Notes: generated from the letters alone by a model not told the origin. A DNA stretch of 63,746 bases, filler included, from Octopus bimaculoides (GCF_001194135.2; 6 parts of 5 records of this genome joined end to end with filler, not necessarily neighbours in it), one strand, 5' to 3'. Shown: positions 39,750 to 53,414, numbered from the whole stretch's first letter. Made by a program: numbers and translations.

Positions 39750-40548
39750 CATGAAATGAAGTGTTTTGCTCAAGAACACAACTCCGGATCCAGGAATACG
39801 AGCCACTGTCTTACGAACATGTGTCTAACACCCTCACCACTAAGCCATCCGTGTCTAATATTTATTTTTTCTTAAAGCCTGGTACTTAGTCAATCAGTAT
39901 CTCTTACCGAAGGTTGTAAACACACTAACATATATATATATAACGTGAATGAATAAGAATTTGAAATCCAGGCAGGTACATTTTGAGCACTCTGATGGAA
40001 TCCAGACTTGGCTAACCATATCGAATGATAGGAAACGTTTAGAATCGTTTAAGATAAGCGTTTAAACTGTAAATCCGGAGTTCGCTTCAGTGGATTTCAT
40101 TACAGCATACAAAGGATATAAATAAGACGTTACAAAGAAGATTGGAGAATTATACACCTTCAAAATGAACGAAAGCTTCGGGGGAGATCTGGTCAACTAC
40201 ACCCCTTCGAGGCGATACCCAGGCATGGCCGTCGTCCAATGAATGAAACAAGTAGAAGATAAACAATTATTATCTGTAATCATTTGATCGTGTGATTTTG
40301 TTATGAAGTGTTGACAGAAAATATTTGCAGAAAAACATCGCGAACGCCATTTGCAAATCCAAAATTTAAGGGAAGCAAAATCATGCAAGATTTTTGTAAC
40401 TTCAACATTTAACTCTTTATTGTTCTGTAAATCGAAATCCTAATAACGGAGAGTTGTTTCTTAAAAACAAGCATTTCCTTTTGAAGAAGATTTTAAAGAA
40501 AATGGAAGGAAAATACACTCATATATACATATACACATGCATAGACAC

Positions 40549-40579
<31 letters not shown>

Positions 40580-40680
40580 TGTATGTATGTATGTATCTGT
40601 CTGTCTGTCTGTCTGTCTGTCTGTCAGTCTGTCTGCCTACCTACCTACCTACCTACCTACCTACCTACCTACCTACCTAC

Positions 40681-40724
<44 letters not shown>

Positions 40725-41158
40725 GAAGGCGTTTATGAGCTAGTTTTATACATACATACATATATATATATACATATATATGTATATATTTGCACGTATC
40801 TTTTAACTTATTACTGTTACTATTTTATTTTATTTTCAATAATTAAAAACTTCTTTATAAATTTCTATTTTCTCCCTATCTTACATTTCATGCCATTTAA
40901 CTTTGCTTTTCGCTATTCAATCGTAATTGCTATTTTTCTTTCATGAAACAATGTTCTGGAAGACAGCTTACACTAAAAAAAAAACAAAAAAAAAAACGTT
41001 GCCTTCTTGAATGTTTAATACTCTTTTAGCTTGTATATGTGCTCTGTATCTTATTAATGTAGACAGTCAAATAAAACATCAACAAGTTTTCTGAGAGCGG
41101 ATTTTATTCCTAAAAGCATCAGTCATTAAAGAAAACGTTGACACACCATTACAACAAG

Positions 41159-41208
<50 letters not shown>

Positions 41209-42383
41209 NNNNNNNNNNNNNNNNNNNNNNNNNNNNNNNNNNNNNNNNNNNNNNNNNNNNNNNNNNNNNNNNNNNNNNNNNNNNNNNNNNNNNNNNNNNN
41301 NNNNNNNNNNNNNNNNNNNNNNNNNNNNNNNNNNNNNNNNNNNNNNNNNNNNNNNNNNNNNNNNNNNNNNNNNNNNNNNNNNNNNNNNNNNNNNNNNNNN
41401 NNNNNNNNNNNNNNNNNNNNNNNNNNNNNNNNNNNNNNNNNNNNNNNNNNNNNNNNNNNNNNNNNNNNNNNNNNNNNNNNNNNNNNNNNNNNNNNNNNNN
41501 NNNNNNNNNNNNNNNNNNNNNNNNNNNNNNNNNNNNNNNNNNNNNNNNNNNNNNNNNNNNNNNNNNNNNNNNNNNNNNNNNNNNNNNNNNNNNNNNNNNN
41601 NNNNNNNNNNNNNNNNNNNNNNNNNNNNNNNNNNNNNNNNNNNNNNNNNNNNNNNNNNNNNNNNNNNNNNNNNNNNNNNNNNNNNNNNNNNNNNNNNNNN
41701 NNNNNNNNNNNNNNNNNNNNNNNNNNNNNNNNNNNNNNNNNNNNNNNNNNNNNNNNNNNNNNNNNNNNNNNNNNNNNNNNNNNNNNNNNNNNNNNNNNNN
41801 NNNNNNNNNNNNNNNNNNNNNNNNNNNNNNNNNNNNNNNNNNNNNNNNNNNNNNNNNNNNNNNNNNNNNNNNNNNNNNNNNNNNNNNNNNNNNNNNNNNN
41901 NNNNNNNNNNNNNNNNNNNNNNNNNNNNNNNNNNNNNNNNNNNNNTTATGAGCTAGTTTTATACATACATACATATATATATATACATATATATGTATAT
42001 ATATACATTTACATACACACACACACACACATTTCATCTTCTCTATGTTAAAGAAATACACGTGCTGGTGTACATATTTCTAACGTGACAGATATTTAAA
42101 ATCCAACATTCACATCGAAATGTTGGACTTTTTGGGAACTAACATTGCAGATGCAACAATAACAAAAAGAAAAGAAAAAAACCTTGAAGTAAACACAATA
42201 CAAGGCTGACTGGGAAGGAGATGAATAATGGAGGAGGCGCTAATGTAATGGAAACTTCAGGAGAGGCTAGAAAATCGAAATTGTTTCCCTGAGTATATGA
42301 GAGCGTTTGGGTTTTCGACGATATGTGTGTGTGGATGTGTGTTTTCAGTTCTATGTGTGTATGTTTTGATTTCATCATGCTTA

Positions 42384-42424
<41 letters not shown>

Positions 42425-42651
42425 ACACACAGACGTCGTGTGAGCGCTTATTTCCTTTGAGCAGACAGAATTTCCTGAGTGGACAGATAGATAGATTTTG
42501 ACAGTTACATGTCAACTATTAAAGTAGTGTGTGTGTGTGTGTGTGTGTGTGNNNNNNNNNNNNNNNNNNNNNNNNNNNNNNNNNNNNNNNNNNNNTTAAT
42601 TAATTAANNNNNNNNNNNNNNNNNNNNNNNNNNNNNNNNNNNNNNNNNNNN

Positions 42652-42692
<41 letters not shown>

Positions 42693-43176
42693 TTACCTAC
42701 CTACATACGTACATGTATACAGACGTAAAGAGGTATATAGATATACGGACATACATATAAGATTTGTACAACACATGCTTATACCTCGACCATACAGTCA
42801 TACACAGTATATATGATGTTAAATGCATATTTCATTCTTATCTACACACATCAGATGTTCGTCAATGCACACATGCATACTTACATACAATGTATGCACA
42901 CACACACACGCATACAGACATACATACACACACACTCGATACTTATGCTGGTCCTGGTACTGATGGAACAATATCTTTCGATAAACAATTGCTGAGATAA
43001 ATACGAATATTGGACAAATCGAAGAAAACTACAAAAGAGCGACAAAGCTGTTCGTTAAAAAAAAAAGAACAAAACAGAAATTCCAGTTTGAAAGGAAACA
43101 TTTATTTTTGATTTTGGATTGTGGAGTCCATTTAAAAAAGAGAAAAACGAAGATCATTCAAGCATATATATACAAA

Positions 43177-43208
43177 TGTTTATATATTTGTGTTTGTAAA
43201 TATAAAAA
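43177..43208 (+). promoter_or_regulatory. Putative TATA box with adjacent forkhead-consensus sites upstream of the Fox gene
   Basis: TATAAAAA at 43201, about 85 nt before the ATG; TGTTTAT 43177, TGTTTGT 43191, GTAAATA 43196. The AT-rich background makes chance matches likely. Confidence 0.3.
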
Positions 43209-43286
43209 TAATCGGGGGAAAAAACACAGATAGAAAGAAAAAAAGGAGAAGAAAGAAGAAAAAAATCTCTTGATATCTGTTACTCG

Positions 43287-44813
43287 ATGGAGAGCCAGAC
43301 ACTTCACGTTCCATCCGGTTACAACCAGCACGATATCTTTCGATTAACGAGACGTGATGTTGAGAATCCTTCACCTATTTACCAACATTCCCAACCTCTC
43401 GACGTTACAATCTATTGTTCAAGATACGCCGCCGGCTTACAATCAGGAGAGGATCAGTTTTTAAGACAAGAACATACTCCAACTTACGTGGAATCGGTCC
43501 TGTCACGTCATCCTCAGACACCTTCTGAAACAACAATCCCGTTTTATCGAAGCTCCGATCTGAACTGCTCTTACGGAAGTTACGAATCTCTATCATCGGT
43601 CGATGAAATCGTGTTTCCTAAAAATACGGAAATAAACTTCAATCCGGAACTTTGTACATTTCCAAAATACGACATACAAAGCGATTCGCAAGGCATGGAG
43701 GATTTATTGACTTCCAGAGATACTCATTCGACTTTCATACCTAATACGGTAACATGCGATGAGAACAGGTTCCCACCAAGTTTTCTGTACCCGACAAGTA
43801 GCAACTTAACTACACCGTCTGGAAATTACCCGAACAAAGCTGTAGTGTTTTTAACAGATCAAAAACAAGCTTTCCCTTATACACCGGAAACTAGGTTTAA
43901 ATTGAACTCTCACTGTAGTTCTCCAGTTTTCGATCCTGATTCGGATTGCACGGCGAAATCTGACGAACTTATTCCAGACCTTACTCAACACAATGATACA
44001 AATATTACCGATGGGATTGAACCTCCAACGTCTGGGTCCGACCTAGACTTGTTCAAAGATAATGCAATATCTACGGGTAACTGTGCAGAGTCTTTAAGCA
44101 AAGATGCCAAACAAAATGCAAATAATAGTAATGACGGTGGAGAAAACGACAAACAATTGACTGTGAAAAGTGCTTCCAGTGAAAATGTCAAACCGGCACT
44201 ATCATACATTGCGTTAATAGCAACCGCTATTCTAGAATCTACACAGCAGAGATTAAGTCTTGGATCAATTTATTCTTGGATCGAAACCAACTACCCATTT
44301 TACCGAAATCGGAGTCAAGGTTGGCGGAACAGTGTTCGTCATAATTTATCCCTCAACGATTGTTTTGTAAAAGCAGGCAGATGTGAAGACGGCAAAGGCA
44401 ATTATTGGGCCATCCATCCGGCTAATGTGCAGGACTTTATGAGAGGGGACTTCCGTCAACGACGCCGCTCGCGAAGGAGAGGCCGAAAGGCGTCATGTGA
44501 CATAAACGTATATCCAATGTCCGCTAAATATTTAACTAATCATTCCAGCTTAACAATGTCTCCGTTCGCTCCCAACCTGAATCCGATTTACTCACCATAC
44601 ACCGAGGCCGAAAGGCAAGCTTATCGTCTTGACGAAGCTCTCTTGCGTCAGACAATCAACAGTCCCTTTGTGAAATGGTTTCACGGTTCCATGCCCCATG
44701 CTTCCTTCTCTACAGGTGGAACAGATTACAAGACTCCTTCTGCTCATTGGCAAACCTATTCCGATAAAGCATCTCCTTCTACGCATCAACTTGGTCATAA
44801 CTTCTCAAGGTAA
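43287..44813 (+). CDS. FoxQ2: Intronless forkhead-box transcription factor, FoxQ2-like (508 aa)
   Basis: Single long ORF; forkhead domain at about 44190-44460 (KPALSYIALIATAIL...WRNSVRHNLSLNDCFVKAGRCEDGKGNYWAIHPANVQDFMRGDFRQRRRSRRR). KGNYWAIHPAN..DF..GDFR.RR wing is typical of FoxQ2. Family assignment by recognition; subfamily needs a tree. Confidence 0.9.
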   Translation: MESQTLHVPSGYNQHDIFRLTRRDVENPSPIYQHSQPLDVTIYCSRYAAGLQSGEDQFLRQEHTPTYVESVLSRHPQTPSETTIPFYRSSDLNCSYGSYESLSSVDEIVFPKNTEINFNPELCTFPKYDIQSDSQGMEDLLTSRDTHSTFIPNTVTCDENRFPPSFLYPTSSNLTTPSGNYPNKAVVFLTDQKQAFPYTPETRFKLNSHCSSPVFDPDSDCTAKSDELIPDLTQHNDTNITDGIEPPTSGSDLDLFKDNAISTGNCAESLSKDAKQNANNSNDGGENDKQLTVKSASSENVKPALSYIALIATAILESTQQRLSLGSIYSWIETNYPFYRNRSQGWRNSVRHNLSLNDCFVKAGRCEDGKGNYWAIHPANVQDFMRGDFRQRRRSRRRGRKASCDINVYPMSAKYLTNHSSLTMSPFAPNLNPIYSPYTEAERQAYRLDEALLRQTINSPFVKWFHGSMPHASFSTGGTDYKTPSAHWQTYSDKASPSTHQLGHNFSR

Positions 44814-44996
44814 TACACAGAGAAAACTGGCATCTTAGTCTGGTAAGTCTTCCTGAATTTTTATACAATACTAAGCTTTTTCTCGTTCATTGTATTAATC
44901 GAACATGAACACACGAACAGCTTCAGAAACAAACATTCAAACGCATTTCCGCTTCCTTACGCATGATTACCGTCTCCATATTATTCTACTTACGAC

Positions 44997-45059
<63 letters not shown>

Positions 45060-45113
45060 GTCTGTCTATCTTACTATCTACCTACCTATCTCTCTATCTA
45101 TCTACCGACCGAC

Positions 45114-45197
<84 letters not shown>

Positions 45198-45249
45198 TTA
45201 ACTATATACCTACCTGCCTACTTACGTACCTACCTAACTACCTACCTAC

Positions 45250-45318
<69 letters not shown>

Positions 45319-45632
45319 GCTGTATTGAATATATGCTTGTACGTGTGTATTTCTATTAAAATTGATTTCATATGACGCACAACGAATCAGTCGGTCCCAG
45401 AAGGGTAAAAGTTTAAAGTGCAGATTAATGAATTTGAATTAAGTTGATTGTAACATAAAATGGTCGGGTATCTAATAGATATATTAAAGTATTTGGTTTG
45501 CTGCGCTTGTTTTGGCTAATATTATTGTGTCGTTTTATTACTAATTAATACCACGTAACAATGACAATTGTACAAATTACAAACTGTTATTAGTTACAAT
45601 CTTTTTCGCTCTCTTTCCCTAACTGTACATGA

Positions 45633-45734
<102 letters not shown>

Positions 45735-46758
45735 AGTGTTCATGTATTAAGTAATCAACAGAATTCATTTATTCACATTGTTTGTTGATTATTTGTCATT
45801 ATACGGCACTCACCACATCCCCTTAATTACCATAACAATGATTTGTAACACAAACACAAACGCCAGGATGTTTTCCTTTATTATCATATTAACTTGTTAA
45901 AGACGGCGAACTAGCAGAGCATCGAGAAAAAAACATGCTTTCGGGGTATTCTCCAACTCTTTACATACATCAAAACTCGCTAAATTTCCACTTTGTCTTT
46001 CATACTTTCGTATTAAGAACGGATTCAAATTTTGGCGCAAGACCAGCAATTTCGGAGTGGTGTTAAGTAACTTGTTGACTGGCAACTTATTGACTGGTAA
46101 CTTATTTATCGACTTCGAAAGAGTGAAACGCAAGGTCGACCTCGGCGGAATTCGAACTCAGAACGTAAAAATGCTAAGCATTTTGTCCGGCGTGGTAACG
46201 ATTCCGCCAGTTTGCTACCTCATACTTCCGGATTAATAATTCTTTCTACTGTTAGCACAAAGCCTGGAATTTGGGTTGGGAGAGCGCGCTAATAATTTAC
46301 ATCAACCCAGTGCTTAACTGGTACTTATTTTATCGACCCCCGAAAGGATGGAAAGCAAAGTCAACCCCGGTGGAATTCGAAATCAGAACATTAAGTCGGA
46401 ACAAATGCAGCTGAGCATTTTGTCCGACGCTGTAACGATTCTGCCGGCTTATCGCTTTATACTTCCGGATTCGTAATATAAAGTCGATAATATCGCCTTA
46501 CCTACATCCCTCAAAATTGCTGGTCTTGTGACTAAATCGGAAACAATAATTAAATAAGATAATCATATTAGGAAGGGGAAATGGCTATGGTTCTTGCAGA
46601 CCCGCATTTCCCACCCTTGCGAGATTGATGTGAAGATGATCTGCTTCATCATTTCTGCATCTTATATCTTTTATCGTTTATATTTTACTTATTTCAGTCC
46701 ATTAAGCTGCGGCCTTGCTGGGGCACCGCCTTGAAGACTTTTAGTCAGACGTGTCGAA

Positions 46759-46804
<46 letters not shown>

Positions 46805-47393
46805 GTTAAACCTGGTACTTATTCTGTCGGTTAATTTTGCCGAATCGCTATGTTACACGAAGGTAAACACACCAGCAATGGTGGTCAAACGGTGGCCAAA
46901 ACCACAACATTCTCTCTGAAAGGGACGCCGATCCGTTGCGGGATTTAAGATCAGCAATGTTTGAGGGAAGGGAACAAGTGGATTACATCGACCCCCAGAA
47001 CTTGACTGGTTCTGTATTTTATTAACCCTGCAGAGATGAAAGNNNNNNNNNNNNNNNNNNNNNNNNNNNNNNNNNNNNNNNNNNNNNNNNNNNNNNNNNN
47101 NNNNNNNNNNNNNNNNNNNNNNNNNNNNNNNNNNNNNNNNNNNNNNNNNNNNNNNNNNNNNNNNNNNNNNNNNNNNNNNNNNNNNNNNNNNNNNNNNNNN
47201 NNNNNNNNNNNNNNNNNNNNNNNNNNNNNNNNNNNNNNNNNNNNNNNNNNNNNNNNNNNNNNNNNNNNNNNNNNNNNNNNNNNNNNNNNNNNNNNNNNNN
47301 NNNNNNNNNNNNNNNNNNNNNNNNNNNNNNNNNNNNNNNNNNNNNNNNNNNNNNNNNNNNNNNNNNNNNNNNNNNNNNNNNNNNNNTATATAT

Positions 47394-47435
<42 letters not shown>

Positions 47436-48070
47436 GTTTGAAAATGCCAATAGCAATATTTATCTATTACATTATTATTGTCTCTAGAGTACCATAGCCG
47501 TCAACAATGGCGGCGGGTGTTTCACTAAACTTTCTGATTATCAGAACATTTTGGCCTGTACGTACGAATATTCGATTGAAATAATGTTTAAAAACGTACA
47601 TGACGAAAGTTGCTAATGAGTGTATGACGATGTAAGTAAAAATGCCAAAAAAAAATAAAGGAAAATAAGAAAATTATATTTATCACTCTCCGAATATTAT
47701 ACATGTATATGAATCCAAAATTACCAAAATACCTGCATATTTACACATGGTACATGATCTTACGAAGAGGTTTCATATATTTTCCAGTGATTTTCAAGGA
47801 ACAGCAGGTTTAGTCAATGCTAAAGCTTGGTACTCCAGCATGACCACAGCCACCTGACTGAAACACATTAAAGAATAAAAGCAGATTTGATACAGTCTGT
47901 GCAAAAGCTACAAATCTACATAATAAGCAATATTATTCACATTCGCTGCAAAAGGTGCTGAAGAACCATATTCCTTGTGTAGACACACACTTTGCCTTTC
48001 TAAAACTGTAATTTTAAATTATTTCTGTTTTTTTTGATTTATTAAAATAAAAAAAAACATGCATGCAGTG

Positions 48071-50772
48071 CATTATTGCCAATTTAGCATATTTTATGTT
48101 AGATCTAACATTTTTTTTCTCAGCATTTAGCAGAAAAATTTTGAATCTAGAATTTAGCAAGGAAAATAGCAGGTTTAAAATTTTATTTAGCATTTCTTTA
48201 GCATTTTTCTCTGATCATGACATTTCTATAATAGTTACCCTTTTTTCTTCTTTTTCTTCCTTTTCTACTTTCGTTAAAGTATCTTACAGCCAAATTTTAG
48301 TACTATCGGCTATTGTTGAGTTTTTCTTTCACTTTCATGAAACTTCAATTGAAATTTTATTAAAAGGAAGCTTATCAAGTTATGAACTTTTCCAGTCTCC
48401 CTCCCCTCTTGGATACAGAGTGATGCTGGTGTGGGGAGGGGGGAAAGATAGCTCATGTCAGCACTTGAACTCACTACTTAATAATGTAAATATGTTGCAA
48501 AGAATGAAAGCATGGAAATTCTTCCTAACAATGCTTTATTCTGTAGTGATGAGTTTTTATCGTGACAGGTTGACTGATTCACTTTCAATTTGACTGTTTT
48601 AAAATNNNNNNNNNNNNNNNNNNNNNNNNNNNNNNNNNNNNNNNNNNNNNNNNNNNNNNNNNNNNNNNNNNNNNNNNNNNNNNNNNNNNNNNNNNNNNNN
48701 NNNNNNNNNNNNNNNNNNNNNNNNNNNNNNNNNNNNNNNNNNNNNNNNNNNNNNNNNNNNNNNNNNNNNNNNNNNNNNNNNNNNNNNNNNNNNNNNNNNN
48801 NNNNNNNNNNNNNNNNNNNNNNNNNNNNNNNNNNNNNNNNNNNNNNNNNNNNNNNNNNNNNNNNNNNNNNNNNNNNNNNNNNNNNNNNNNNNNNNNNNNN
48901 NNNNNNNNNNNNNNNNNNNNNNNNNNNNNNNNNNNNNNNNNNNNNNNNNNNNNNNNNNNNNNNNNNNNNNNNNNNNNNNTAATAGTTACCCTTTTTTCTT
49001 CTTTTTCTTCCTTTTCTACTTTCGTTAAAGTATCTTACAGCCAAATTTTAGTACTATCGGCTATTGTTGAGTTTTTCTTTCACTTTCATGAAACTTCAAT
49101 TGAAATTTTATTAAAACCAAAAATGATAAAGACATCTATGCTTGAAGCAAATTTAGAAATGTTTATTTGTTGCCACTCATTTAATAGCTGTGATCACTTA
49201 ATAGAGTTATGTAAGAATTATATGTCTGATTGTTCCCAAAGTGAAGTTGAATCGTACAAAATGTGCAAATATTGTGAGGAGATTTGATTTCTGATCTAGG
49301 AGATAGAAAATTTAGCCTGTTATTAGATGAATCCAATGATATATCGATAATTATATAGTAACACTCACAAAAAAGTGGTACATGCATATCTCAGTTTGGT
49401 ATCTTTAGAAACATGTGATGCAGATGGTATTGTAGATGCCTTAAAAATTGAATTAGCGAAAAAGAAATTAGATATAAAAAAAATTTACTGACTATAGGAA
49501 TTGACAATGCTAGAGTCATGACAGGAGTCAACAATGGTGTTTTCCAGAAATTAAAAAAAGTTCCACCATCACTTCTATTTAGATGTCATTCTTTACAGTT
49601 GGCAGTATTCCACACTTGTGCTGAATGCCTGCCCATAAGTTTAGAATTTTTAGTATCCGAAACCTATAAATGGTCCTCTCATTCTTCAACAAGACAAAGT
49701 GCCTACAAACAACTTTACCTTGCTATCAATGATAAAGAGCCTTTGAAGATCGTGAATTCTTGCACAACTAGGTGGCTGTCAATAGAACCAGCAGTAAATA
49801 GAATTTTAAGCCAATGGTTTGAATCGCAAACTCACTTCCAAACTACAACTACAAAAGAAAAGTGCTTTATAGCACAAACATGACATGAAATGCTTTGTGA
49901 TTCTAGGAATGAACTTTACCTTTTATTTTTGCATCCAATTTTAAAGCATGTTCAGGAAGTGAATAAACTGTTTGAATCAAACTCTGTCGACAAAACAAAA
50001 TTACTTGAAGATCTTTCAAATTTGATCAAATCTGTTGCTAATACGATTGCGTTGCCAACATGTAGAATTGATCCTCTTGATCCTGATGCTTCTATCGAAA
50101 AATTTTGGGATTCCAAAATAAATTTAAGCTACAGGTTTGAGAGAAAGATAGCAGAAATGATTATCAAGAAGGCTGAAGAAAATAATATTCGCAAAAGAGC
50201 ATAACAATGTTTACTCTGCCTTTATAAAGAGCTCAAGCACCGTTTTCCAGAAAATATTAATATACTGAGGAATATCAAATATTTTTTCAGTAGAGAATAT
50301 TTTACAGCATTTCAAAGAGCCAATTTTACCTGTCTTAGAAGCAATGCAAAACTCAAATGCAGAGGTTGAATGGCTGTTCAGGGTGTAATCAAATCAAAAT
50401 TGAAAAACAAAATGCATCTTCCTATGCTTAGACCAATACTGTCAATAAAATATGACCTGAAAAGATGTGGCAAATGTGGCAAAAACTTCGATGTTCCAAA
50501 ACACATAATTAACAAGATTGGGACCTTAAATGTATGCAGAAGTCAAGACTTAAGCACTGCAGCTGAAAGTGATCAAATCAGTGAAATTCAAGAAATTATT
50601 TCTCAAAGCTGAATACAATTGAAGAAAATAAATAAAAATGTAAATTAAAATTAAACTTTTTGATATAATTAGTCTTTAGTATTTTTTTTTCTTATTTAGC
50701 ATATTTTAGCGTTTTTTGGTATTTTTCTACTGAAATTTAGCATAAAATTGTGATTTTAAGTTAGCAACACTG
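48071..50772 (+). mobile_element. Decayed hAT-superfamily DNA transposon with 8-bp TSD
   Basis: ATGCAGTG direct repeat at 48063-70 and 50773-80; termini CATTATTGCCAA / TTAGCAACACTG (rc CAGTGTTGCTAA); frameshifted transposase at about 49140-50610 with LLDES, IDNARVMTG, CHSLQL, TTRWLS motifs; internal N gap. Confidence 0.9.
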
Positions 50773-51494
50773 ATGCAGTGTAATAAGTAAATAGGCAAAA
50801 GTTGGAATACATGAGAACTAAGAAAACTGNNNNNNNNNNNNNNNNNNNNNNNNNNNNNNNNNNNNNNNNNNNNNNNNNNNNNNNNNNNNNNNNNNNNNNN
50901 NNNNNNNNNNNNNNNNNNNNNNNNNNNNNNNNNNNNNNNNNNNNNNNNNNNNNNNNNNNNNNNNNNNNNNNNNNNNNNNNNNNNNNNNNNNNNNNNNNNN
51001 NNNNNNNNNNNNNNNNNNNNNNNNNNNNNNNNNNNNNNNNNNNNNNNNNNNNNNNNNNNNNNNNNNNNNNNNNNNNNNNNNNNNNNNNNNNNNNNNNNNN
51101 NNNNNNNNNNNNNNNNNNNNNNNNNNNNNNNNNNNNNNNNNNNNNNNNNNNNNNNNNNNNNNNNNNNNNNNNNNNNNNNNNNNNNNNNNNNNNNNNNNNN
51201 NNNNNNNNNNNNNNNNNNNNNNNNNNNNNNNNNNNNNNNNNNNNNNNNNNNNNNNNNNNNNNNNNNNNNNNNNNNNNNNNNNNNNNNNNNNNNNNNNNNN
51301 NNNNNNNNNNNNNNNNNNNNNNNNNNNNNNNNNNNNNNNNNNNNNNNNNNNNNNNNNNNNNNNNNNNNNNNNNNNNNNNNNNNNNNNNNNNNNNNNNNNN
51401 NNNNNNNNNNNNNNNNNNNNNNNNNNNNNNNNNNNNNNNNNNNNNNNNNNNNNNNNNATATATATATATATATATAGATAGATAGATATGTGTA

Positions 51495-51542
<48 letters not shown>

Positions 51543-52640
51543 GTAAGAAGCTTGCTTCTCAACGACATAGTCCTGGTTTGAGTCCCACACTGCATGGCAC
51601 CTTGGGTAAGTGTCTTCTATTATAGGCCTTGAGTCGACCAAAGCTTTGTGAGTGGATTTGGTAGACAGATACTGAAAGAAGCCCGTCGTGTATATATATG
51701 TGTGTGTATGTCTTTGTGTGTGTGTGTATTTATGTGTGTGTCTGTGTACCTGTGTTTGTACCCCGTCACCGTTTGACAACCGGTGTTGGTGTATTTACGT
51801 CCCCATAACTTAGAGGTTTAGCAAATGAGACCGATAGAATAAGAACTAGGCTTGAAAAATAAGTCCTGGGGTCGATTTGTTTGACTAAAACTCTTCAAAG
51901 TGGTGCCCCAGCATGGCCGCAGTCAAATGACTGAAGCCAATAAAAGAATATTGTGAGAAACACTTCATCACTTGGATCTTTTCTGAGAAAAATTTCAAAT
52001 TTGGTGTATTGATGTAATTTTCCATGCTGATTCTCAGGGTCTAATTCACTTTTTCCAAAAATTGTTTTAAAAATTTACAGAGGTTTAACATTTGATCCTT
52101 CACGTTTATATCAACTATAAACAAATGAAATGTCGGAATTCTGTTTTACGCACGCCATATAACTCCTCGTAACTTTTTAATCTACCGCTTTTGAACCTCT
52201 TGTGCCACCGAAAAAGTTAATCCATAAGCAATATGGAGCATTTCATAAGTTTCTCTAGCAATTTTTAACACAAAATTTTATTTCATAGCTACCTTCTGAA
52301 TGTTCCAACTACATTCTGCAAACTGGTCAGCTGTAACAAGTAGCGTTTAGTAGGGTGTGTTTAAAGTGTTGTTACAAGCGTCTTCTTGAATCTGGAAGAA
52401 AAAAAATGTTGGCCGACGCTGCTGGACGATGTTCGTCTGCTACTGATAAAACTGCTGTTTTTAAACACAGCACGCCCATAAGATATATTACCTCTGGACT
52501 ACAACCGCAGTAAATTTACCTTTTTGCGAGGTATTTACATTAAGTATGATACACAGATGGTTATTTTAATGCAATTACTTATACTGTGTGTCATTATATC
52601 CTTGTAAACAGTATGCCGTTAATTAATGTTTAACGCTTTG

Positions 52641-52692
<52 letters not shown>

Positions 52693-53147
52693 TCTTTTTT
52701 GCAGGATACCAATGTGAGAACTGAAACCGGAAACACATGAAAATGGGTGCTGTAAAAACTGGTGAAACATTACATAAATATATACAATGTTATGATGGAG
52801 AAGTAATAAAAATTTTTACTTGTAACAACGTCACGTTACGCTGTCCTTGTTTTTACCTTCATTCTTCCACACTGCTCTCTCCCATTTTTGCTTCTTTATA
52901 TATACATATATATATATATATAGGAAAATGAAAAAAAGCCAGAATGCTGAACTGGAAGCATAATTTAATAAAGATTTTTTCTAACCGGTTTTCATTGCGA
53001 AGAAGCAAATTATTTACTGACTTATATATATATATATATATATATANNNNNNNNNNATATCTATAAGCATGCACATATGTACAGAGTACATACAAAAAAT
53101 CTTCAAAGGCACGCACGCAGACAAATATTTATACACACACACACGCG

Positions 53148-53178
<31 letters not shown>

Positions 53179-53414
53179 CGCCATGATCGACCGCTAGCCA
53201 CTAAAGCTTTTTTTATTCTCTCTCTCTGTTTATTTTCTCAAGTTCCTTTCTGTTAACGAGCGTAGGCTCGAAGCGTAAAAGACTTTCTCACCTTCCCGAG
53301 CATTAAACTAATACACCTGTTTGTTGTTCACGTACCTATTTTCGTCTTTTGTTTTTTTTTTTGTTTTTTTGTACATTCCAACTATATATATATATATATA
53401 TCGAAAGCAAAAAC

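Noticed and set aside
48063-48593. 176-aa ORF
   Set aside because: Low-complexity T-rich 5' subterminal region of the hAT element; no recognisable domain.
48230-49116. About 135-bp exact duplication inside the hAT element (48230 and 48981)
   Set aside because: The second copy starts exactly at a gap edge; probable assembly overlap. The same applies to 40733 versus 41947.
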